Shown: positions 51,873-64,000 of the stretch, in pieces
Layout of the letters: each line of letters starts with the position of its first letter
Numbering within the stretch: position 1 is the stretch's first letter
Assembly (NCBI RefSeq): GCF_006345805.1
Contig: NC_043003.1
Location: 86,304,001-86,368,000 of the forward strand
Reading direction: 5' to 3'
Source: Octopus sinensis
Lineage: Eukaryota
Length of the DNA: 64,000 nt
The notes under the pieces: model-generated
Told to the model about the DNA's origin: nothing
Seen by the model: the letters and a program-made list of their open reading frames with translations, nothing else
Databases searched by the model: none
Program-made: the position numbers and the translations under genes

Positions 51873-51890
51873 CATACATACATACATACA
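51562..51890. repeat. Compound (CA)n/(CATA)n microsatellite
   Basis: Directly visible; source of the MYVC-type ORFs in the track. Confidence 0.97.
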
Positions 51891-52504
51891 TAAGGCTATA
51901 TACAATATGAAAATAGATTTTCATCAAATATTTTGTTGACGCATGCTAAGAAGTCAAACGTCATTTCCGCTTGTTGTATTTAGCTTCGTTTTTTTTTCTT
52001 TTCTTTTGACTATTTTTCAAACCGGCCTTGTTAATACTGACAATAGGAAATAGATTTCAGAAGCGGATACAAAGCAAGTGTTTAAAACAGCAATCACTGC
52101 CCTACGTAAAAGAGAGAGAGGCACGGAATTTAAGGTATATCCACACACACACACACACACACATACACACACATATATATACACCTACACAAACACACCT
52201 ACACACACATATGCACACAGACATGCATACACAAACATTTCCTTCTTCAACGTTGTACATTCCAGTATTATTTTTAAATTTTACATGTTAGTTTTCATTA
52301 TTAGGAACATTATTAGGAACAGTTAGATTTCTCTTTCTCTAACAGTTTCCCTCTCTCTATCTTTTCTTCTTCTCCTTCCTACTTCTCTCTCTCTCTCTTT
52401 CTCTCTTTCTTTCTCTTTCCCTATTTGAATATCTACCTGTTTATTTAGATGATGACCAGCATTCACAAAAAGAAAAATCCTAAGAGAGAACAAGGAGGTT
52501 ATAA

Positions 52505-52760
<256 letters not shown>

Positions 52761-53092
52761 AAAATATATTAAAACTGTATATTTTCCTTCCTTTATTTTA
52801 CGTATATATTTTTTGTATTACAACTCAGCACCAGGGGATAATCGAAATTCTCCACTTCCCTTACTACTAGTTACCATACGTGGAACAGAAAATGCTGCCA
52901 AACCATACAACAAGCATATCGGATAAAAACTGCCGTCGAGGATATATTGACGGAATTAAAAGAAATTAACTAATTATTCTAACTAACAAAATCGATGGAT
53001 TAAATTACTGCACCTGAGGAGCAACTGAAAATGGACGGAGAATACAATCTACAGAGAAGGTTAGTCAAAATCTGAACGAACTATGCATAAGA

Positions 53093-53537
53093 TTGTACTC
53101 AATTTTCACAAACAATTTTGAAAAAGAATCATCACCAAAATACCAAAACCATAATGAAAATATGCCAATGTCAGCAAACTTAATTAAACCCCATATAAGC
53201 CATATTTGGTCGGAAAACCTTATCGCTAGAAAATTTTCTTTTTGGAACATGATAAAAAATAATTACGCAGAAATATATGAAAAATGAATTAACTCAACAC
53301 CATTAATTTTACCACGCAAACTACAAATCAAACCAATCCTAGAAGAGCCCGAACAACAAAGATAACTTAGGGAGAAATTAACACTAGAGAAAATGAAAGT
53401 AGAAATTGAGTTACTTAATCTTAGAGCATCGAATAACGAACACAAATATGAAACCATCGACGAAGACGTGCACACCGAACTCACTAAACATGCTGATGAA
53501 CAACTTTTGGTGTGTTATAAAACTATGGAAAGGTAGG
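53093..53537 (+). pseudogene. Decayed ORF of a probable retroelement (unassigned)
   Basis: A single frame with two internal stops: HIWSENLIARKFSFWNMIKNNYAEIYEK*INSTPLILPRKLQIKPILEEPEQQR*LREKLTLEKMKVEIELLNLRA. Protein-like composition, no catalytic motif recognised. Confidence 0.4.
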
Positions 53538-53864
53538 TGTGAATTGAAATAAATAAATTCCCTTCAACGGTGGGAAAACAGTGTTAATCTCTTCCTTAGT
53601 TACGAAACTCAGTTTAAAAGAGACTACAGTTCAGATAACCCCTTTCTGAAAACAAATCTAGAACAAGTAAATCTTCAGAAATAAATAAACATCCAACTAG
53701 ATTAAACTATAAACATCTAAAAGAACACAAACACACAAAATTAACTTCTCACTTGGAAGTAAACCGCTCTCAATCTAGGAACAGGAGCAGAAGAAACCAA
53801 TCTTAAAGTTGGTAGTTATTTCTCCCCAGCAACACGAAATGTTCTTTCTTTCTTTCTTTCTCTT

Positions 53865-53895
<31 letters not shown>

Positions 53896-54049
53896 TTCTC
53901 TTTTTCTCTTACATTCACACGCGCACGCGCACACACACGGACAAACTTAATTGTTTCCTGTAAGTTTTTGTAGTTGCCGTTCGCAACAGTGTAATGTTCA
54001 ATTTCCACTTTAGCTACACAAAAGTACAGAACGCTGAATTTGTTTTCAA

Positions 54050-54129
54050 CATGTTTCGTACAGAATACCATTCCGTACAGAATACCATTCATGTTTCGTA
54101 CAGAATACCATTCCGTACAGAATACCATT
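54050..54129. repeat. Two-level tandem repeat: 40-bp unit x2, each unit holding two cgtacagaataccatt subunits
   Basis: catgtttcgtacagaataccattccgtacagaataccatt at 54050-54089 and 54090-54129. Confidence 0.95.
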
Positions 54130-54386
54130 TCCGTTGTTCCCTTGACTACAAGACAAGAATTTACGCACATAAAACGCCTACTCTCTCAGTATGTATATTT
54201 GAACGAAGGTCTATTGCACGTACTTTTAGCAAACTTTATACAATAAAATATATATCTAATACCGGTTTAAAGATATAAAATGATGAATAAAGAAGAATAT
54301 GACGTAGTGAATCAATGCTTCTTTCAGAGAAACCTCTAAGCTAACTTAAAGCAGATCATTGCCTAAAGAGATATATCAACATTACC

Positions 54387-54619
54387 TATTTCTTTATTAC
54401 CCACAAGGGGCTAAACACAGAGGGGACAAACAAGTACAGACATAGGTATTAAGTCGATTACATCAACCCCAGTGCGTAACTGGTACTTAATTTATCGACC
54501 CCGAAAGGATGAAAGGCAAAGTCGACCTCGGCGGAATTTGAACTCACAACGTAACGCAGACGAAATACCGCTAAGCATTTCGCCCGGCGTGCTAACGTTT
54601 CTGCCAGCTCGCCGCCTTC
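54387..54619 (-). mobile_element. Young long-variant SINE A with TSD
   Basis: Perfect 16-bp TSD atatatcaacattacc at 54371-54386 and 54620-54635. Confidence 0.93.
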
Positions 54620-54839
54620 ATATATCAACATTACCACCAACAATTGTTCAGTGCTGAACTGTGAGGTGACGGAAATACATTATGTGCAAATATGTTATTC
54701 AAAAAATTAGTTAACACGTTTAACTTCAGAAACATTTTCAATAAGTAGAATTATAAATTACTAAATTATCTACGCAGAATATTAGCTTTATTTTATCAGC
54801 GCTTGTAAATTATGCCAGCGCATATACGCGCAGTTTATA

Positions 54840-55305
54840 ACAGCGTGTCCCAAAAGTTACTTATGGGTTTTAAGTTTTAATAACTTCCTTAACCTTACAA
54901 ATAAATGCATGGAAGTTGGATACAATATAAAGGACAGAATGAAAATTAATATGCACTACTTTGAATGGCCGGGCGCAAAAAGGCCTCAATCATGGATACC
55001 TGAAAGAGAGGGTTTTCGTCAACAAACCAGAGACCCTGGAACAACTGAAGGAGAGCATCAACAGAGAAATCAAATAAGTTGGTGTTATGATGCAAGTTTT
55101 GGAAAGAGCTCGGGCGTGCGAAGCCGAAAATGGCTGCCATTTAAGCGATGTAATTTTTTTATATGTAATGTAGAGGTGTTGCAAAATTTGACTTCTGTAT
55201 CTTAATTTTCCTTATGCCCTTAATATTGTATCATAATTTTATATATTTATTTGTAAAGTTAAGTTAGTTAAAATTGAAACCCATCAATTTTCGGGCCTCC
55301 CTGTA
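54840..55305 (+). mobile_element. Internally deleted Tc1/mariner-superfamily element
   Basis: Ends cagcgtgtcccaaaa / tttcgggcctccctg|ta. The interior encodes ...GYLKERVFVNKPETLEQLKESINREI...CEAENGCHLSDVIF, a transposase C-terminus. Confidence 0.7.
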
Positions 55306-55319
55306 TATGTATATATATA

Positions 55320-55380
<61 letters not shown>

Positions 55381-55384
55381 TATG

Positions 55385-56267
55385 CGAGGTGTTATCAAAA
55401 ACTTCTCGGAGTAGCTGTGTCGCCCGCCAACAGATGGCAGCAGACAGTTACGTGCGCAGTGAGAGCTAGCAGTGACCTTCATGAGGCAGTACGCCTAGTA
55501 CGATCGTTGTGTTTCCTTTGCGATCACATATATGCTATAGTCTACAACTTTTGCCATGGAACGAAGATCTATAGTCTACAACTTTTGCCATGGAACGAAG
55601 ATCCAACGTAAACTTTTGCGTTGAGCCTTGAGCAATCTGTGGCAAGCATACGACGATGAGGCAATGAATCGCACGCAATGTTTCGAGTGGTACGGGCGCT
55701 TTAAAAGGTACGACAGAAATTCAGTTCAATTAAGAACTTGGTCATCATTGTTTTCGACATCATCGGTTTTGTGCATCGAGAAGTATTTTCCTCGGGGCCA
55801 GACCGTAAATCGAGAGTTCTGCTGCGACGTTTTGAAACGTTTTAAGGAGGTCATTCAGAGAAAGTAACCGTATCTGTGGAGAACGGTCTTCTTTACGAAG
55901 ACAATGCAAATGTCACCGAGATCTCTTCACTCATGAGTTTCTCACAAAAACGACATGGTATCGCTTCTGCCCCCGCCCTATTCGCCATATTTTGCACCTG
56001 CGGACTTCCCTGTCTCCCCCAATATGAAAATGCAGCTCAAAGGTCGCCGTTTTAAATCCGTTGTAGAGATCAGAGCGAATCAGAGCAAGTTCTCGACTCA
56101 CTTATGGAAAACAACTTCCAGGCCGGATTTCAAAAGTGGCAGGAACGCTGGAATCTGTGTATTGCTACGCAAGGTGACTATTTCGAAGGAGATGATATTA
56201 AAACTTAGGTAAAGAAGCTATTTTCTTTATTAAACAACTAGTCGGAGAATTTTTTGATACCCTCTAG
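55385..56267 (+). mobile_element. Internally deleted mariner with both TIRs
   Basis: TIRs cgaggtgttatcaaaaacttctcgga / tcggagaatttttgataccctctag|ta; QAYDDEAMNRTQCFEWYGRFK, GQTVNREFC, PPYSPYFAPADF, KWQERWNLCIATQGDYFEGD. 34-bp tandem duplication at 55535-55602. Confidence 0.9.
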
Positions 56268-56368
56268 TATATAGATATTAATTTATGCATGTATATATAT
56301 AATATAGATATATGTGATATATACATATATACATGTATATTTATATTTTATATATATTTTATATATAT

Positions 56369-56580
56369 GTCCGAGTCAGACGCCATGATAGATCGTTAGC
56401 CACTACACACATTTTTTCTCTCCTTGTTTCTCTCCTTGTTTTTTCTGTGTCCCTTTCTGTAGAAGAGCGTAGGCTCGAAACGTAAAATACTTTTTCTATT
56501 CCCGGGCGTTATACTAATACATCTGTTTGTTTTGTACACCACCTGTCTTCGTCTTTAGTTTTTTTTTCGTAAACTCTCCC
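56369..56580 (+). mobile_element. ~210-bp Penelope-pLTR/retrozyme-like element in TA-rich sequence
   Basis: Pyrimidine-rich body, hammerhead-like motif, then tcccgggcgttatactaatac; ends ctctccc|tatata. Confidence 0.55.
56454..56487 (+). ncRNA. Minimal type-I hammerhead-like motif
   Basis: UUU-CUGUAGAA-GAGC-GUAG-GCUC-GAAAC-GUA-AAA: perfect stem II, GAAA, palindromic ACGU stem III, GUA cleavage triplet, 3-bp stem I. The CUGA turn is altered to CUGU. Confidence 0.55.
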
Positions 56581-57224
56581 TATATATAAATGAAAAAGCT
56601 GAAAGAAAAAGAACCAAGATTGATAAGACTCAATTATATAAAAATCTGGCCTAATGCTTCATCGTTTTAACTACTTTACTAACCTGAACACTTTAACCAA
56701 TATTCATGAGAGAAACCGTATTGTGATGTTAAATAGATATTAAATGCTATTTGTGATAATTGTGATAATCATAATTGATAATTGTAATTTCTTATACAGG
56801 TACAATCCATAGATGGGGATTTTAGTCCAGTGAAACAAAGCTAGCACACGACTAATGTTTATGTCATCGAATCTATACTTATAAATGTAATGTCGACGTC
56901 GGTGAGAATTAAAACTCAGGACGTAAAGAAAAGTAAAGGAACGTAAATAATGTGCTGCAAGGCATTTTGGCGTTTTACCGTATTTGCTTCTCCAGTAAAC
57001 ATGATAAAATTAGAATTGTTTTGACAAATATATTGAGCTGTCAAAGGAATGACATATTTGATGATGGCATTAACAAGAACAGACATAGTAGAACTGTGAA
57101 CGACTTTAGTAATAATAACATTTCTTGAGAGAATGGCGATTATAACCACAATCAATATTAATAACAACGACAATGGTAGGGTTATTTTCATTATAATTAG
57201 TTCTTTCAACTACCACAATAATAA

Positions 57225-57400
57225 TACTTTCTATTATAGACGCAAGGTTGGAAATTTTAAGGAAGTGGGTAGTTGACTACATCGAACCGACTATTCAGCT
57301 GTTAGTTATATTATCGACCCCGAAATGATGACAGGCAAAGACAACCTCGCAGAATTTGAACTCATAACGTAAAAGTGGACGAAATACCGCTACGCATTAG
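57225..57400 (-). mobile_element. SINE family A copy
   Basis: ttatcgaccccgaaatgatgacaggcaaagacaacctcgcagaatttgaactc. Confidence 0.75.
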
Positions 57401-57969
57401 AATTTGGAACAGGCGGCCAAAAGCATTCTCTTTTAAATCGTCATAATGTTCTAAATAGTGGATATGTGTATAGAAATGCTCTAATGTGTATGATATTTTC
57501 TCTTTCGAATTAGTTGTATCGCTGAGCAAAAATTTTAACACTGCTAAAACGCAAAGATATTAGAGCTTCTTACATAGTATTAAAGTAGACAACACTACAA
57601 CACATTTTTACATTAGTACACAAAATTTTCCTCAAATCATACCCTAAGAATTGTCTGAGCGATGGACAAAAGACTTTGCAGTATTTGTTCCACTCTCTAC
57701 GGTGTGAGGAACTCTGAGCAGGTGCGATAAACTACTCTGTATTGACCTGGTAATATGGTGCTTTGTGTAGCATTGTCAGGGGTTTGGAAACAACCTTTGT
57801 ATTTTCTTACGATTAATACCATAACTAACATATAGTGATTATTGCAGAATTCAGTGGAGACTGTTCATTGACCTGCATCTGCAAGGAAGCGTTAATAGAG
57901 GATGGTTACAGCCTAATTGTCTTTGATAATAAATTTGCTCAATTGGACACAAGGCTGGCATTCAGTAAG

Positions 57970-58029
57970 CAGAAGAAGAAGAAGAAGAAGAAGAAGAAGA
58001 AGAAGAAGAAGAAGAAGAAGAAGAAGAAG

Positions 58030-58063
<34 letters not shown>

Positions 58064-58100
58064 GCAGCAGCAGCAGCAATAACAGCAACAAGAAAAACGA
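57970..58100. repeat. Compound (AGA)n(ACA)n(GCA)n trinucleotide tract
   Basis: Directly visible; source of the poly-K/R/L ORFs. Confidence 0.97.
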
Positions 58101-58989
58101 GAACAACTGCAAGTAATATCACCCTCGATTATGTCAAGCTATATTACAGTAAATAATACAAATGAGTCCATTAAACAACGTCTGCAAGCAGCCATGTGTC
58201 AATATCTATATGTATTTATATTTCATTTACGTGAACATATTATAATATATTATGTACATCCATGACAACAACGACTATGCTTTCATCCAATTATCTACTG
58301 AGATATCTAAAATTGGGAGGGAAATGGAAAATCTTGTATATTCTACAATAACACTGGAAAATGTATAAAAATGGAAAAAAGAGAAACGACATTGAAAGAG
58401 AAAGGAAAAAATGGAAGAACTCGCTAAAATTTAATGATTTCGTACAAATGCATTAATGACGTAAAGTCTTATTATATACTGCCTTCCTCTGTAACAGAAT
58501 ATAGCTTTATCATCAGTTTATTTTGGTTTTACCAATCAACTAGCGGTGATTAAATGCGTTGCAGTATTCTGTTTCGCCTGTCACTAATGAGATAATGAAT
58601 CATTTGACTCGATTTATCTGGTTCAACGCCATATTTATGGTTTTTCTTTTGCCCTTTTTCTTTTATTAACCGAAACGGTGTCATTGTTCTAAGATCAGTC
58701 AATCAATCTTAGCTTTATAGAACTCATAACATCATTAGCGTGACGATGCTGAGATGTATATATATATGAGTAAACATAAAAGAAACCTACGCAAACATGC
58801 CTAACCGGTTATTGCCATCGAACGTCATGCTAAAGAGAGCAGCTAAATCTGTGGAAGGGCGTATTTGCAGTTACACAGTCGTGTAACAGCAAAAAAAAAA
58901 GACAGAATGATCATAACAGGATTATCTTTAATCATAAAACATTGATCCTGGGAGAATGGTTGATCCTTAGCTCAATGATGTCAATAATA

Positions 58990-59180
58990 GTGCGGCGGCG
59001 AGCAGGCAGAATCATTAGCAAACCGGACAAAATGCTACGCAACATTTTGTCCGGCTTTACGCTCAGCTACTTCCGAGATAGACCTTATTTTTTATCCTTT
59101 CAGCATTGATAAAATAAATACTAGTTGAGTATTCTCCCCATCCCACAAAACATTTCAGGCTTTGTGCCAATAGCGGAAAA
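58990..59180 (+). mobile_element. SINE family A copy (old)
   Basis: gcggcggcgagcaggcagaatcattagc ... ttgataaaataaatactagttgag ... tttgtgccaatagcggaaaag plus a decayed (TTA)n tail. Confidence 0.7.
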
Positions 59181-59214
59181 GCTTATTGCTGTTATTGTTA
59201 TCGTCTTAACTCAG

Positions 59215-59500
59215 GATTGGTTTTATCACTCGCAAAATCTATGTGGGTAGCAGGTTATTCCCTGTAACCTTAGATATCCACATGATTTCAATAAGCCATC
59301 AAGTGCTCAAGACCTTTCTGATCATCTTTCCTTTTCCTAAGAGGCAAATCCTCATAGATCATACACAGGAATTCCATTCCTATTTCCATTACAAATTTGT
59401 CTAATTCATCAATCACAGTCCTTAATGCACATATTACCACAGGTACAACCTGTATGGATTGCATGTTCTAAATTTCACAATCTCAAATTTTGAGAGGTTG
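59215..59500 (-). mobile_element. Old 5'-truncated R4/Dong-like 3' end
   Basis: MQSIQVVPVVICALRTVIDELDKFVMEIG ... GKGKMIRKVLST* matches the RLE C-terminus (PIVVGALG ... LG.ARI.RKVL). It sits tail-to-tail with the SINE A at 58990. Confidence 0.6.
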
Positions 59501-59859
59501 AACAAGAACTATGTATTTCTCAAGAAGAAATGTATGTTGTTCACGTCATAAGAAGTTGGAAACGTCAAGAGAATGTGAAATAATTGGGGAGTATTTTACG
59601 GTTGGACTCGAAGAAGATAAAGCTATAAATGATAGTGTTCAAATATTAAATATTAGAACATCCTTCGGACAGCCTTCGTGCTTTTCAATCCAACGGATTT
59701 TTAACCCAATATTCACACAATATTATTCATAGCTTTATCAGCTTCGAGTTCAACCGTTAGAAAAAAGAAGTGTTTTTGAATAATTTTTAAAAAATGAATC
59801 GCAGATTTTTTTTTTGTAGTAACTATGAGACAAAATATAAATATTACAGGATAAATATA

Positions 59860-60080
59860 CGAGGGGATGCTGAACAGTTCCTGTTTTTGGATAAAAGAAA
59901 ATACAAGAGGATCAGTTAATTATGATTTTATTCAACATATTCTTCTCCCTTAATTCACGCACTCATTGCTGCGGTCTTTCAGTTTTTCTAAGCCCTGTAT
60001 AAGAACTCTGATGATTGGGCCTCCAACGAGGCCTTCCGCGATACTCTTAAAACGAGGAAGTTTTCAGCACTCCCTTCCTT
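59860..60080. mobile_element. mariner-derived MITE (~220 bp)
   Basis: ta|cgaggggatgctgaacagttcct ... aggaagttttcagcactcccttcct|tta; TA flanks. Confidence 0.75.
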
Positions 60081-60261
60081 TAATTTTGCAACGCATGTAT
60101 TAAAATATGGATGTTTCGTGAAAGCATGTGAAAGAAAGATTACTCAATAACAAATAACATTGGATAAGAAGAATATCGCGAATGATTGCATTAATAATAA
60201 ATAGCATTGCATTAATTGCAATAATTGCATTAATAATAAATAACAATAAATTTGAGCTCTC

Positions 60262-60630
60262 CTTATGAGAGCTCAAAATCTCTCGTGGAAGCGTCATCCA
60301 ACCAAAATACAAATATATGGGAAACTACCAACCAAAATACAAATATATGGGAAACTACCACCTGTATCATCTCTTGGAAAAGGTAGAAGAGTCCAGTTTG
60401 CTGGACATTGTTGTAGAGCTGAAAACGAGGTAATTTCTACTCTTCTCCTCTGGAAGCCATCTGCTCGCGATACCAGAGAGCGCACACTCTCCTACCCTGA
60501 TGTCATCTCCAGGGATACAGGCATCCAACAACAGGACTTCCGTAATGCTATGATGGACCGTGAAGTCTGGCGTAACATAGTAAAATCCATTGACTCGACC
60601 ACGGTCGAACAATGATGATGATGATGATAA
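60262..60630 (+). mobile_element. 5'-truncated RTE-like LINE 3' end with (GAT)n tail
   Basis: LMRAQNLSWKRHPTK...RRVQFAGHCCRAENE...LLLWKP...DREVWR; (TGA)n tail; in-frame 30-bp duplication at 60298-60357. Confidence 0.8.
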
Positions 60631-61039
60631 ATAGCGTAATGTGATTATTCCTCATAATCTGAATCTCCGTGAGGAATATATTCACCCAAATCAAGCCAAC
60701 ATAAATTAATTGTGATTGTGACGTTTTCGACCTCTCAGTTTCGTAAACACCATTCTAATGAGGATGGAGGGTGTTAAACATAGAGATTTTGCAGCGTTTA
60801 ATCCATTAAAAATATTATTGTAGCGTTACTGTTAACTCCATATCAAGTCTCATTGATTAGATTTTTGGTCAAAGCATTGTACCTATGTTCTTCCTGTATT
60901 TTACCTGTCTGCAAAGAAGCCAGGGTATCTTTAGCCAATATGTCCGGCTAAAGACAGTGGGTGTGATTCCAATGAGATTTAGCTTGTATGTCTAACAGGT
61001 CGCGTTAGCAACGAAGCATCTACTAATGGGTGATCTCCA

Positions 61040-61802
61040 GCAGAATATAATGAGGCATTTTGTATAGACTGCTGAGGATTATGTTTAAGGACCACCTAAT
61101 CTCTGGATGTAAAGTCTTAGCTCCAGTGGAGTATAAATTAAGACATGACAGAGTTGGCCAATATCTCCACTGGCTAATAAGTCGGCATTACAATATCAAA
61201 ACTGCCGACAAGTGGTATAATCACTACCCTGAGGCTGTAACTGAAGGAGAAAATGTAACCATTCTGTGGGACTTTCCAGTACATACAGACCGAACCATCA
61301 ATAAACCAGATATTGTTGTGAAAGACCAAAACAATAAAGTTTGCTTATTGATCGACATGAGCATCCCCTGTGATCATAATATCTCAGCGAAAGAGTTTGA
61401 CAAGCTCAGAAAATATAAAGACCTACTCATTGAAATTGAGAAAATGTGGCATCTCAAGGCGGTTACAATACCAGTGATCGTAGGAGCACTAGGAATGATC
61501 AAGAAGGGAACCGAAAATTATATGAGAATGATCCCTGGCTTACCATCCCTGCAAGAAGTGCAAAAGATTGTCTTAACTGGTACATCACACGTATTGAGAA
61601 GAGCATTGTCGATGTGAGAACTGTTGCTGCTCATGTATTTTAATTTAACTTGAAAAAAAAAATGAACGAACTATTGAGTTTGTTTAATGGCCTACCAATG
61701 TATACTATGAGTTTCTTTGCCCTAGGAGTCGGGAAGACACTCGGCAAGAAATGGAAGCAAATTTGAAAGAAGAAAAAAAAAGTAATAATAATAATAATAA
61801 TA
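61040..61802 (+). mobile_element. 5'-truncated R4/Dong-like element with an open RLE frame (185 aa) and (TAA)n tail
   Basis: HLISGC..LAPVEYKLRHDRV...ILWDFPVHTD...NKPDIV...LIDMSIP.D...KEFDKLRKYKDL...PVIVGALG...LTGTSHVLRRALSM* (61060-61617); tail at 61784-61802. Confidence 0.92.
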
Positions 61803-61939
61803 GCTTCGTGGGAGTTTACCATTCAAATAGAACATAAGAAGATATTGTAATAAGAAAACTTGAATTTGCTTTCTGAGTGATTCATCAAAGTTCGAAGGAT
61901 CACTTTGGTACAATGTTAGGACTTCTGTCATGTTGATAG

Positions 61940-63020
61940 AATGTGTGGGTCATCTTATGTGGGTAGACTTCGACAAAACCAAACTTTGTATCCGTACTAT
62001 AATCTTAAGGAGAACATAAGCTACGTTAACTCCCCGCCCCGTCTATCATAGATAGCGTATCCTACAGGATTTCATCACTATCCGCCAGTAAGGAAATAAT
62101 CGAACGATACGCTGAATTGCACCCTACAACGCGCCGGTTATATGAATTCGATCGACTATATTGTGTGGAACAACACTTCCTCTACTAAACCCAGAACCAA
62201 GAACACATCACCTTACCTCCATCGAATGAAGCTAAAAATATTCCCCATATTCCACCGTTCCACTATCTTCCTAAATTTCAGAGTGGTAGAAGACCTACCA
62301 GGCACTCCTTCGATCCTAAGTCCGTCGCTGCCCACCGAAAGCAAAACCAGCGCGCACCTCCGAAACCCTATCTACACTCCGATGGTTCCCTTAATCGGAA
62401 TAAACGGACAAGGACACGTGACGTTATCTCCTTCCACGCCTTCGCTTGTAATATCCGGACCCATGTACTCAAGCTCTTATTCGCTCTGCTCGAGAAACAT
62501 TTTCCTCAGTCCAGCTCCATTAGAAAAATATTTAGCTCCCAATCTATAAAGTTTTCCTTCTCCACCACCACCACCACTAATATTGCCGGGGTAATCCGAC
62601 ATCCTAACAAGAAACTCAGAAACTTACAATTAGCTAACCTTTATCATAATAACATAACTCACTCTAATTCCAAACCCATACCCGTAAACATGGAACACCC
62701 CTAAACCTCCTTACCAACAATGACCCACATAGCACACAACCAAACTATAACTAATACAGACATAAAGAACGATAGTGATAATATCCTTAGATATGAAAAC
62801 CACCATAAATTACATACTTCTGACGTCTCCCTTAAATCCCCCTCCCAATACTAATTCTAACGCTGCCACAGACAATGAACACAACACCGGACTTCACTAA
62901 ATAACAATCACCGTAGAAATTCTTCTCCTGCACCCCTACGATCTTGTGCAGCCGTAGACATCCAGCCACCCATCCGTTAGATAATTGTATACAAATGCAC
63001 GTTATCAGCTGCCAATTCTA

Positions 63021-63025
<5 letters not shown>
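61940..63025 (+). pseudogene. Penelope-like element: RT thumb, linker and start of GIY-YIG
   Basis: Not in the ORF track (no early ATG). Frame 62042-62704 has one stop: SIIDSVSYRISSLS...RNKRTRTRDVISF...LLEKHFP...KIFSSQSIKFSFS...NIAGVIRHPNKKL (resembles RISRLS...R.R.IIWFNP...L.KHFP...KIFN.N.VK.SYS..NI..II..HN.KIL). Later IVYKCTL; cut by (TA)n and a Helitron. Confidence 0.75.
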
Positions 63026-63069
<44 letters not shown>

Positions 63070-63070
<1 letters not shown>

Positions 63071-63469
63071 TAGCAGTATCGCCCGGCGTTGCTCGGGTTT
63101 GTAAGGGAAATAACTATATAAGCATTTTTAGAGAGTTATAGCCAAAAGATAGCAAAAAAATGCATTAAAAATGGAAAAAAATGATGGTAAATTTTTTTTA
63201 AATCGTTGACTCATCGTAGACATTTTTAGAGAGTTACTTCCCTTATATAATAGCGAACAAATGCATTAAAATGGAAAAAAATGATGGTAATTTTTTTTTT
63301 TAATCGTAGACTCATCGTAGACGCGCGGTAATACCCAGAAGGGCTCGATATGAATCACGACTATAAGATACCCGGTTTTGGTTAAACTGCACCGCAAAAT
63401 GTGGGAGTAGTTAGGAATCTAAATCGTAGGAGACAGACACTCACACAACTTCACTTTTATATATAAAGA
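63070..63469 (-). mobile_element. Non-autonomous Helitron-like element with an internal ~100-bp tandem duplication
   Basis: Minus strand A|TC ... cccgagcaacgccggg hairpin ... CTAG|T, i.e. canonical Helitron ends at an AT target. Duplicated units at 63123-63220 and 63221-63321. Confidence 0.88.
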
Positions 63470-64000
63470 TATATATATATTTATTTTTATTTTTCCTACC
63501 TGTCATCCTTATCTTTTATATTTTATAAGTTCTCACAATTTTTTATCTCCACACATAACCCACCTACACAGGAAAATATACAAGTGCCCACCTACGCGTA
63601 CACATCTACTAGATTCTGCAGACGCGCGGCATATACGCGCGCTCGTGCTAATACCCACTCATAATTTTAGGCTTTAGCTACTACTACTACTATCTTCCAA
63701 TTCACTTACCTTCCATACATTTTAAAATTAATCTACTACTACCAGCTAGATAAACATAATTTAGGCCACTCTCTGACCAAAAATACATTAACTTCCACCT
63801 CCTCCCCTTCCCTCCCTTCAACCTATCCAATTCAAATACGACTTCTATACTTTCTTCTTTTGACTGTTTAAATGGATTTATAGAATGCTACAAAATGTTT
63901 ACTTATCTATCCTGCGAATGACTCCAGCCTATATTCATAAATACATTTCCCCAGCCAATTTCAATAGCAAACCTTCTCTCCCCACCCGCCGCACTTTACT

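Noticed and set aside
54050-54129. Short regular repeats suggesting CRISPR
   Set aside because: No unique spacers, only two units, eukaryotic context and no cas genes.
56916-57209. 97-aa ORF with a signal-peptide-like N-terminus
   Set aside because: The hydrophobic stretch derives from a decayed (ATT)n-like SINE tail region.
60005-60045. CTGATGA followed by a hairpin (also at 53494 and 8981)
   Set aside because: No GAAA after the stem, so not a hammerhead.

Overview
AT-rich, microsatellite-dense, repeat-dominated eukaryotic DNA with no prokaryotic features, rRNA, bona fide tRNA genes or CRISPR arrays. The SINE families and repeat landscape look like an octopus (coleoid cephalopod) genome; this is inference from recalled repeat families, not a database result. 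No host gene could be identified: most ORFs in the track are microsatellite or SINE artefacts, and one possible terminal exon (minus strand, 4841-5146) is unassigned. The window is a graveyard of mobile elements: three tRNA-derived SINE families (called A, B and C here); six 5'-truncated restriction-like-endonuclease (R4/Dong-type) retrotransposon ends abutting (AAT)n tracts; a tandem pair of a ~555-bp non-coding element; L1/Tx1-, CR1/L2- and RTE-like LINE fragments; Penelope-like RT and GIY-YIG remnants; a Ty3/Gypsy remnant; several Tc1/mariner relics and MITEs; and two non-autonomous Helitrons. The most interesting signals are (i) a nesting cycle in which SINE (ATT)n tails appear to act as landing pads for Dong-like elements and for the 555-bp element, (ii) two ~210-bp elements in (TA)n tracts that carry minimal hammerhead-ribozyme-like motifs of the Penelope type, and (iii) a fold-back MITE carrying telomere-like repeats next to an inverted copy of its own interior. 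All alignments were done by eye, so coordinates may be off by a few bases.
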